Below are positions 57,008 to 64,000 of a stretch of 64,000 nt of DNA, one piece after another. Where the stretch lies: positions 4,814,653 through 4,878,652 of the forward strand of contig OY764073.1 of assembly GCA_963668035.1 (NCBI GenBank), read 5' to 3'. The notes under the pieces were generated by a model, which did no database searches, had not been told where the DNA came from, and worked only from the letters and a program-made list of their open reading frames with translations. Every line of letters starts with the position of its first letter. The first letter of the stretch is position 1. The stretch is from Candidatus Poribacteria bacterium (lineage in GTDB: Bacteria > Poribacteria > WGA-4E > WGA-3G). A program made the position numbers and the translations under genes.

Positions 57008-57925
57008 GTGCAATTGGCTATCAAATTTGAAGACGATAACCCAATTTCCAATCATCGCCTCTATTATGGCGATAATCTCTCGATTCTTCAGGAATATATT
57101 TCTGATGAGAGTGTCAACCTGATTTACATCGATCCGCCGTTTAACACCGGCAGGCTTCAACAGCGCACACAAATTCAAGTTGAAGCGGATGCCCAAGGGG
57201 ACCGTGTCGGCTTCCAAGGCAAGACATACCGGATAACAAAAGGCGAAACGATACACTATTCCGATAAGTTCGAGAGTTTAGATGAATACTTGCAATTTTT
57301 ACGTCCCCGTTTTGAAGAGGCGTACCGAGTGCTACACCCGCACGGTAGCTTTTTTCTTCATATCGATTACCGGGCGGTGCATTATTGTAAGGTTAGGCTT
57401 GACGAGATTTTCGGCTTAGAATCGTTCATGAACGAGATTATCTGGGCTTATGATTACGGAGGGCGTGCCAAGTCATGGTGGTCCCCTAAACACGACAATA
57501 TCTTGTGGTACGCTAAAAATCCGAAGCACTATACCTTCAATTTTGAAGAGATGGATAGGATTCCGTATATGGCACCCGGTTTGGTCGGTAAAGAGAAGGC
57601 AGCACGCGGCAAAACGCCAACGGATGTTTGGTGGCATACCATCGTCAACACCAATGGAAAAGAAAAAACCGGGTATCCAACGCAAAAACCGCTTGGGATA
57701 CTTAATCGTATCGTCAAGGTGCATTCAGCACCAGGCGACACGCTTTTAGATTTTTTTGCCGGTAGCGGTACGCTTGGAGAAGCAGCAGCAAGCCAAAACC
57801 GTTCCGCTATTCTGGTTGATAACAATATCCCCGCAATCAGGTGTATCATGGATAGATTAGAGGCTTACGGTATTGAACTCACTAATGCTGATTACCAGAC
57901 ACTCGGCACGCACACAGTGGAATAG
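57008..57925 (+). CDS. beta-class DNA methyltransferase (N4/N6 type), no cognate nuclease nearby
   Basis: Motif IV NLIYIDPPFNTG and motif I LLDFFAGSGTLGEAA. GTG start at 57008. Confidence 0.8.
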   Translation: MQLAIKFEDDNPISNHRLYYGDNLSILQEYISDESVNLIYIDPPFNTGRLQQRTQIQVEADAQGDRVGFQGKTYRITKGETIHYSDKFESLDEYLQFLRPRFEEAYRVLHPHGSFFLHIDYRAVHYCKVRLDEIFGLESFMNEIIWAYDYGGRAKSWWSPKHDNILWYAKNPKHYTFNFEEMDRIPYMAPGLVGKEKAARGKTPTDVWWHTIVNTNGKEKTGYPTQKPLGILNRIVKVHSAPGDTLLDFFAGSGTLGEAAASQNRSAILVDNNIPAIRCIMDRLEAYGIELTNADYQTLGTHTVE

Positions 57926-57970
57926 ATTGGGGGAATAGATTGGGGGAATAGATTGGGGGAATAGATTGGG
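57921..57970. repeat. 13-bp perfect tandem repeat AATAGATTGGGGG x3.8
   Basis: Units at 57921, 57934 and 57947, plus a partial unit at 57960. The first unit contains the methyltransferase stop codon TAG. Confidence 0.9.
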
Positions 57971-58104
57971 TTGTGCATGCCATATTGACGCGAAAAAAAA
58001 CGCTTTTTGGCTATCTTTTTCAAAATAGATGTTTCTAAATTGATAACTGTAACAGATAAGAGGTTTGCTTGCTATGTAATGATAGATGTAGGGAGGTATA
58101 CATA

Positions 58105-58773
58105 ATGAAAGGAATTAAGGAAATTTCAGAACAGATTCGAGACGGAATAACCGAGTTTATAGAAGCAGCAGAGGGTAGCCAATCCGTTGTTGATAAAACT
58201 ATTCTTGATATGAAAAAGCGGCTTGCCGAGGCAAAGGATCTCATCGCTGGAGCGATTGCAGAAGGGCAGAGACTCAAACGCGCCTATCAAGACGCTAAGG
58301 ATACCGCTGAAATGTGGCATAAACGGGTAGACAACGCTTTGGAGAAGGGCGACCACGTCAGCGTAAGAGAAGCGCAGCAACGTAAACAACAGCAGCTACG
58401 CCGCGCAGACGACTATAAACGCCAGATGGACGCGCAAGAGGCAGTCGTTGCCCATCTCAAGGCTGCACTTCACGAATTTTATCATCAGTTCCGAGACGCA
58501 GCGGAACGCGCCGAAACCCTTTGTCAAAGTCAGAAACAGGCGGATACGCGTGCAAAACTCTATAAATTGCTGTCCGATGAAATCGGGAACGATGTCTCTA
58601 AAGTCTTCAAACAGGCGGCACAGCGGTTAAAAACGACGGAAACCAAAGCAGAAATGTGGGAACGTAAGAGTCGTTCCACGACAACCGAACCAGAAAAAGC
58701 GGGAGACACCTCTAATCTGGACCAAGCACTTGCAGACCTTAAAGCTGATGTCTTGAGCAGTGGTCAAAAATGA
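58105..58773 (+). CDS. PspA/IM30-family coiled-coil protein
   Basis: ATG 58105 follows GGGAGG. The heptad-rich sequence TAEMWHKRVDNALEKGDHVSVREAQQRK matches the PspA pattern. Confidence 0.65.
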   Translation: MKGIKEISEQIRDGITEFIEAAEGSQSVVDKTILDMKKRLAEAKDLIAGAIAEGQRLKRAYQDAKDTAEMWHKRVDNALEKGDHVSVREAQQRKQQQLRRADDYKRQMDAQEAVVAHLKAALHEFYHQFRDAAERAETLCQSQKQADTRAKLYKLLSDEIGNDVSKVFKQAAQRLKTTETKAEMWERKSRSTTTEPEKAGDTSNLDQALADLKADVLSSGQK

Positions 58774-59510
58774 TTAACCTCTTGGAGTTGACCAAATATT
58801 TCGGTAAGTTGTGCGCCGTTGATGCGCTGACATTGCAGGTAGAGGCAGGTGAGATTTTCGGGTTTCTCGGACCCAACGGCGCGGGGAAAACCACGACAAT
58901 CAATATGCTCACCGGCCTACTCCGCCCGACATCCGGCACCGCAACGCTTGGCGGCTACGACATTCAGCAGCAGAGTCTACAGGCAAAAGCGATCCTCGGA
59001 CTGATGCCCGATACACCGCAGCTCTATGAAGCACTCACCGGTAGGCAGTTCGTCCGTATGATCGCCGATCTGTATGAGGTGCCACCGAAACAGTCCGAAA
59101 ATGAGATGGGTAGCCTGCTTGAGCAACTTGAACTCGTTGATGCTGCTGACGATCAAATTAAAGGGTACTCCTACGGCATGCAGAAAAAGGTTTTGCTGAT
59201 CTCGCTTCTCGTGCATCACCCGAAAATCCTGTTCCTTGATGAACCTACCAGCGGGCTGGATCCGAGGAGCGCGCGCACTGTCCGGGAAATCTTGCGTGAA
59301 CGCTGTGAGCACGGCTGTACCGTCTTCATGACAACACACATCCTCGAAATCGCCGAACGGATCTGCGACCGCGTCGGTATTATCAGTAAAGGACGACTTA
59401 TCGCTGTCGGAACACTCGCGGAACTACAGCAGAGAAAGCGTGAGCACCATGCACACCAGCAGACAGAAACGCTGGAGGATATTTTTCTCGATCTAACCGC
59501 AGATGCCTAA
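58770..59510 (+). CDS. ABC transporter ATP-binding protein
   Basis: Walker A GPNGAGKTT, signature YSYGMQKK, and Walker B ILFLDEPTSGLD. ATGA overlap with the pspA-like gene. Confidence 0.9.
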   Translation: MINLLELTKYFGKLCAVDALTLQVEAGEIFGFLGPNGAGKTTTINMLTGLLRPTSGTATLGGYDIQQQSLQAKAILGLMPDTPQLYEALTGRQFVRMIADLYEVPPKQSENEMGSLLEQLELVDAADDQIKGYSYGMQKKVLLISLLVHHPKILFLDEPTSGLDPRSARTVREILRERCEHGCTVFMTTHILEIAERICDRVGIISKGRLIAVGTLAELQQRKREHHAHQQTETLEDIFLDLTADA

Positions 59511-59518
59511 AAATTGAC

Positions 59519-61138
59519 ATGCTAAAAAATATCAAGGTTCTACTAAAAGCCGATTATCAGGGATGGGTGAATAACTTTAAACACAGCGGAGAGACGTGGC
59601 GGAAAGGCGTTTTCAAAGGCATCTCTTATCTCATTCTCATCGTCGCATTGTCTATATTAGGCAACTCGCTTTTCAGCCATTTACGTCTCACTGACGCAGA
59701 GCCCGCGCTGCTATTGGGGGTCATTAACGGTTTTATGGCATTCGGGCTTATTGTCGTAGCCAAAGAGTTGATGGAGGGTTCACTGAGAATTCTGTATGAG
59801 GCACCGGACACCGCCATTTTACACGCTACACCGATCCGACCCATAACGATTTTCGGATATAAGTTCGTCCACCTGACGCTCACGCGCGTGCTGAGCATCC
59901 TCTGTTTTTTGGGACCCCCGTGGATCATGTTCGGGTTGATCTTTGAACTGCCGTGGCATTTTTATGTAGCACTGTTACCGACGTGCGTGTGCCTGCTCAT
60001 AATTATTGCAAGTTATATTACCATCAGCGTCATGTTGATTACGCGCTTCTTTTCGTCCGGAGGCCTCCTTGCAACACTCAAGGTACTCGGCATAGCCGTC
60101 AGCGTGACGGTCGGTTTTCTTTTACCGTTGACGCTATTTACAACGTTTGATTCGATACCGGTGAAGCAGTTTTTGCTCGATTGGATGGCCCCGGAAACAG
60201 AAGGCGCGAGTCCTAAATGGATCGGACAACTTCTATTGCTCTGGACGACTGAATCTACAATAGGGGTCCGATTGAAATGGATATTGGGCGGCATCGGCGG
60301 ATGTCTCGCCTCTGTAGGGGTGGCAATACTCGCCGCGCACCTGATGTATCAACGCGGTTGGGAAAATATCCGCCTATTGAAGGCTTCCAAGCGTAAACCC
60401 GTACGGCGCAACGGCGATTCTAAAGCAGCACCGCTAAAAGGCATTGTCGTGGCACTCGGACGCGGAAAGATAAAAGCCATGATGCTCAAAGATTTTCTGA
60501 TCTTTGTCAGGCATAGTGGACGGCTCATTGCGATTCTAATGCTTACGCTTTTTTTAGCCGTTCATATCGGGTTTTTGTTTATACAAGGCGGCAGTATGAG
60601 CACGGGTGAGGGGCTTACCGTGCAGATCGTGCTTTACAGCATCTTTATTACTTTCGGTATCAGTTGCAACGGGGTTCGGGATGAAGCGAAAACGTGGTGG
60701 GTGCTGAAATCTGCGCCTGTCACACCGCGATTGGTATTTACAAGTAAATTTCTGACATCACTTGTTTGCGCGTTGATTTATGCTGAGTTTTGGGCGTTGG
60801 TAGCGGTTTATCTGCTGCCAATACCAAGAGACAATTGGATGTCGGTGCTGCTGATACCTATCATGGTACTGCCCGCCGGATCTGCCTTGAACACAGCAGT
60901 CGGAACGCTGCCCTGGATGGCAGAACTCACGCAGCAACCGAAACCGGTTTCGCGGGTTGTTACCTTCGCCGTCACCTTCGTTGTTGATATAGGACTTGTG
61001 GTCGCACCAGTGATCGCGTGGCATACCGAAAGCACTGTCCTGCTTGTAGGATTGACAGTTATCCTCGCGGGTGTTTTCGTAGTGTCGTATAAGTGGGGGA
61101 TAGGCAACCTTCGCAAATTGTTAGTTGCACAGCTCTGA
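59519..61138 (+). CDS. polytopic membrane protein, putative ABC exporter permease
   Basis: At least 10 hydrophobic segments. Lies directly downstream of the ATPase gene. Confidence 0.6.
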   Translation: MLKNIKVLLKADYQGWVNNFKHSGETWRKGVFKGISYLILIVALSILGNSLFSHLRLTDAEPALLLGVINGFMAFGLIVVAKELMEGSLRILYEAPDTAILHATPIRPITIFGYKFVHLTLTRVLSILCFLGPPWIMFGLIFELPWHFYVALLPTCVCLLIIIASYITISVMLITRFFSSGGLLATLKVLGIAVSVTVGFLLPLTLFTTFDSIPVKQFLLDWMAPETEGASPKWIGQLLLLWTTESTIGVRLKWILGGIGGCLASVGVAILAAHLMYQRGWENIRLLKASKRKPVRRNGDSKAAPLKGIVVALGRGKIKAMMLKDFLIFVRHSGRLIAILMLTLFLAVHIGFLFIQGGSMSTGEGLTVQIVLYSIFITFGISCNGVRDEAKTWWVLKSAPVTPRLVFTSKFLTSLVCALIYAEFWALVAVYLLPIPRDNWMSVLLIPIMVLPAGSALNTAVGTLPWMAELTQQPKPVSRVVTFAVTFVVDIGLVVAPVIAWHTESTVLLVGLTVILAGVFVVSYKWGIGNLRKLLVAQL

Positions 61139-61148
61139 ACAAGGATTT

Positions 61149-61664
61149 ATGGTGGATTATAAAATGTTGATAGAATATGAGGGTATCACACCCAATGTGG
61201 ATCCGTCTGTCTTCGTCGCTCCGGGGGCGATGCTTATTGGCGATGTAACAATCGGTGAAGAAGCGAGCATCTGGTTTAATAGTGTGCTTCGCGGCGATTT
61301 AGAACCGATCCGCGTCGGGTGTCGCACCAACGTGCAGGACGGCTCCGTGCTCCATACAGACAAAGCGTTCCCGTGCCTTATCGGCGATGATATTACCATC
61401 GGACACGGTGCTATTCTTCACGGCTGCACGATCGCGAACGAAGCACTCATCGGCATGGGCGCGATCCTTTTAACAGGTTCAGTCATTGGAGAGCGTGCAA
61501 TTGTCGCCGCGGGTGCACTTATTCGTGAGGGACAGGAAATCCCACCAGGCAGCCTGGCAGTCGGGGTACCCGCAAAAGTGCTGCGTGACGTTACAAAAGC
61601 CGAACTGGAACGCGCCCGACGGGGCAAAGATGATTACGTCTTACGTGGCAAACTTATGCTTTAA
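61149..61664 (+). CDS. gamma-carbonic anhydrase-like hexapeptide-repeat protein
   Basis: PSVFVAPGAMLIGDVTIGEEASIWFNSVLRGD, VLHTD and GHGAILHGC. ATG 61149 follows AAGGA. Confidence 0.85.
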   Translation: MVDYKMLIEYEGITPNVDPSVFVAPGAMLIGDVTIGEEASIWFNSVLRGDLEPIRVGCRTNVQDGSVLHTDKAFPCLIGDDITIGHGAILHGCTIANEALIGMGAILLTGSVIGERAIVAAGALIREGQEIPPGSLAVGVPAKVLRDVTKAELERARRGKDDYVLRGKLML

Positions 61665-61665
61665 T

Positions 61666-61811
61666 GGTTGTCAGTTATCAGTCGTCAGTTAAAAGAGGGC
61701 TCTGATAGCGACAACATAGAATCTTAAAATGAGGAGGCGGTTGAGGTTTATCAGTTGGTTTGGCAGTTACCGAAAACTATACTGATAACTGATAACTGAT
61801 AACTGGCAACT
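61666..61811. repeat. third copy of the composite heptamer-arm repeat (divergent core)
   Basis: Arms at 61666-61691 (GGTTGTCAGTTATCAGTCGTCAGTTA) and 61781-61811 (ACTGATAACTGATAACTGATAACTGGCAACT). It fills the whole spacer between two genes. Confidence 0.7.
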
Positions 61812-61814
61812 ACT

Positions 61815-62852
61815 ATGAAACGAACATGTTTGATGATTGGTGGCAGTGGTATGGCAGGCGGCTGGATCCACAACTTCACCAATAACTTCAGTGATCGGAT
61901 TGAAATCATCGGATTAGCAGACGTGAATACCGACGTTCTCGACGCACAGGGTGAAGCGTTAGGACTCAGTACCTCACAACGCTTCACGGACTTTAACGAG
62001 GCATGTGCAGAAGTCAAGGCAGATTTTTGCGGCGTGGCGACCCCACCCCAATTCCACAGTCCCGCAGCGATCGCCGCGATGGAGAACGGAATGCCCGTTA
62101 TCTGTGAAAAACCGATCGCGGACACCTTAGATGCAGCAAAAGCGATGGTACGCACCGCCCAAAATACGGGTTTACCCTGCGCGATTATCCAAAACTATCG
62201 CTACGCGAACAATAAACAGGAATTGATCCGTATCCGTGACGAAGGCAGATTAGGCAGACTCCAGCATATTGTAGGCAGATACGCCTGCGACTATAGACGC
62301 TACCTCTCTTGGGGAAGAGATTGGCGGCACGATATGGATTTCGCGCTACTTTTTGAAGGCTCCGTACACCATCTGGATATGCTGCGGTTCCTCTCCGGCG
62401 GCGACTGTGAAACGCTAATCGGGTTTGGATGGAACCCCGAATGGTCGAGTTTCCAACACTACTCCAGCGGCTTCTATATGATGCGAATGGACAACGGGGT
62501 ACACACCTCTTATGAGGGGAACAGCTCCGCCGCAGGGATCATTAATTGTTGGAATTCTGAACACTACCGGGCGGAATTTGAGCAGGGTGCCGTCGAAATC
62601 GCAGGCGGAAACCAGATGACTATCCACCGAGTCGGCGGTGAAACGGAGATCTACGAGGCACCACCTATCCCTTATTATGCACATCAGCATCTGTTCGATG
62701 AATTCCTCAATTGGCTTGACGGCGGCGAACCGTCTGATACCCGGATTGAGGACAACATCAAAAGTTTCGTGCTTGTCATCGCCGCAATGGAGACGAGCGT
62801 TGATGGACAACCGAAGCAGATTGCGGATTACCTCAGTGATTTAGACCTTTAA
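61815..62852 (+). CDS. Gfo/Idh/MocA-family oxidoreductase
   Basis: N-terminal Rossmann fold CLMIGGSGMAGG and the VICEKPIA (EKP) motif. Confidence 0.8.
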   Translation: MKRTCLMIGGSGMAGGWIHNFTNNFSDRIEIIGLADVNTDVLDAQGEALGLSTSQRFTDFNEACAEVKADFCGVATPPQFHSPAAIAAMENGMPVICEKPIADTLDAAKAMVRTAQNTGLPCAIIQNYRYANNKQELIRIRDEGRLGRLQHIVGRYACDYRRYLSWGRDWRHDMDFALLFEGSVHHLDMLRFLSGGDCETLIGFGWNPEWSSFQHYSSGFYMMRMDNGVHTSYEGNSSAAGIINCWNSEHYRAEFEQGAVEIAGGNQMTIHRVGGETEIYEAPPIPYYAHQHLFDEFLNWLDGGEPSDTRIEDNIKSFVLVIAAMETSVDGQPKQIADYLSDLDL

Positions 62853-62884
62853 CATTTACGAGTTCGCACTCGCGAAGGGTACGT

Positions 62885-63187
62885 GTGACTATGCTCAGTC
62901 CAAACCCCGAAATACCAACCGTCCTTGAGGACATTCCGGAACCGGAACAACGCGCACTACTTGAGAAGGCAGCGGCATGGATTGTACGGCGCAGGTTGAC
63001 CGCGCCGGCAATTATCGCTTTAGAGACCTGCAAACCGCTGAACTTTTTGGGCAGTCAATTTTTGATTGCATTTAGTCCGTTTGTTCAAGCGATTTTCAAA
63101 GGCGAAGAATACCACAAATTCGCGCTCATCATAGAAAAAGACGCGAATGTTGAGCTCCTGATTGAATTGATTGAGACGCAGGCGTAA
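62885..63187 (+). CDS. hypothetical protein (about 100 aa)
   Basis: An ORF only. ATG 62891 is an alternative start. No motif was recognised. Confidence 0.4.
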   Translation: MTMLSPNPEIPTVLEDIPEPEQRALLEKAAAWIVRRRLTAPAIIALETCKPLNFLGSQFLIAFSPFVQAIFKGEEYHKFALIIEKDANVELLIELIETQA

Positions 63188-63202
63188 AGGAAAAGTAAAA
63201 AT

Positions 63203-64000
63203 ATGGCAGTAGAATTAAGAATGCTTCAGATGGATCAGACGATGACCAAAGGGAAAATCGGGAAATGGCTTGTCAAAGAAGGCGATACCGTTACAGAGGG
63301 ACAACCCTTGCTCGAGATTGAAACCGATAAAGTCGTCCATGAACAGGAATCCCCCACTGACGGTGTTATTGCGCAGTTGCTTGCTGAAGAAGGTGCCAAT
63401 GTCCCTGTCAACGCGCTCTTAGCAATTATCGGGGCCCCGGGCGAGACGGTCGCACGCGTTGAAGCGACAAGCGCGGTAGAAACGGTTGCCGACCCTGACA
63501 TAGAAGAGATTTCTAAACCCGAACCTCCTACAACAGGTGCCGAGCCGAAAGCCTCGCCAGCAGCACGCCAACTCGCCGAGAAACTCGCCATCGACCTGAC
63601 ACAGGTCAAACCCTCTGGCCCCGGCGGACGTATCCTTGAAAGCGATGTCCAGCGGTATATCGACTTGCGGGAACCCGCACCGACCGAAGCCGCGCGCCTT
63701 AAGGCATCTCCGCTTGCACGGCGATTGGCAAAAGAGCAGGGTGTTGATCTCACTGCAATCGCAGGTTCCGGTCCCGATGGTAGAATCGTCCGAGATGACG
63801 TATTACAAGTTTCCGCAAGCACAGCAGTGGAGACCCCCGCAGTTCAGCAGGCAGCGGAAGTCATCGCTATGGACGGCATCCGTGGAATTATCGCGGAACG
63901 GATGACGCTGAGTGTCCAGACGAACGCCAGCGTCACGCTCCATACCGAAGTTGATGCGACGGCACTTGTTGAACTCCGCGCCATGCTCAACGAGAAACTA
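63203..64000 (+). CDS. 2-oxoacid dehydrogenase E2 component (dihydrolipoamide acyltransferase), 5' part running off the window
   Basis: Translated by hand. Lipoyl domain GQPLLEIETDKVVHEQESPTDG, two E3-binding domains (ASPAARQLAEKLAIDLTQVKPSGPGGRI and ASPLARRLAKEQGVDLTAIAGSGPDGRI), and the start of the catalytic domain. No stop before nt 64000. Confidence 0.85.
   Translation, partial: MAVELRMLQMDQTMTKGKIGKWLVKEGDTVTEGQPLLEIETDKVVHEQESPTDGVIAQLLAEEGANVPVNALLAIIGAPGETVARVEATSAVETVADPDIEEISKPEPPTTGAEPKASPAARQLAEKLAIDLTQVKPSGPGGRILESDVQRYIDLREPAPTEAARLKASPLARRLAKEQGVDLTAIAGSGPDGRIVRDDVLQVSASTAVETPAVQQAAEVIAMDGIRGIIAERMTLSVQTNASVTLHTEVDATALVELRAMLNEKL

Noticed and set aside
57921-57970. The 13-bp repeat considered as a mini CRISPR array.
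   Set aside because: The units are directly abutting with no spacers, and there are no cas genes nearby. It is a simple tandem repeat.
63235-63822. A 195-aa minus-strand ORF.
   Set aside because: It is antisense to the hand-translated E2 acyltransferase gene, which shows lipoyl and E3-binding domains. The ORF track misses that gene only because it runs off the window.

Overview
This is a densely coding 64-kb chromosomal segment with about 50 protein genes. It comes from a diderm bacterium, since the lipid A genes lpxA, lpxC-fabZ and lpxI are present. The gene content suggests a PVC-like or candidate-phylum (Poribacteria-like) lineage, but that taxonomic guess is inference only. That content is two formylglycine-type sulfatases, a DUF1549/DUF1553 + DUF1501 pair, a planctomycete-type cytochrome c domain, and many WD40/BNR/LVIVD beta-propeller proteins, three of them sharing an NYPNPFNPETWIPYQL C-terminal sorting-like domain. 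I saw no rRNA, tRNA or CRISPR array. Four things stand out. (1) A transposase-less IS200/IS605-like element (about 50050-51300, minus strand) sits between lpxA and lpxI. It encodes an HNH-less IscB homologue (IsrB-type OMEGA RNA-guided RuvC nuclease), preceded by a structured non-coding leader of about 200 nt where the omega-RNA is expected. (2) There are two UGA-selenocysteine gene candidates, each with a SECIS-like hairpin whose loop lies about 25 nt after the UGA. One is a cytochrome c/beta-propeller protein whose C-terminal heavy-metal-associated domain reads GMT-U-GAC (28887-30491, minus). The other is a 76-aa SelW/Rdx-like CxxU protein (48920-49150, plus) that is invisible in the ORF track. 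(3) A translationally coupled ABC/OLD-like ATPase + DUF4276 (Toprim-signature) pair resembles split OLD/PARIS-type defence modules, and its small gene carries an in-frame TGA. (4) A family of intergenic composite repeats is built from inverted arrays of the heptamer GTTATCA/TGATAAC and fills whole spacers between co-directional genes. All functional calls rest on motifs read by eye; no database search was possible.
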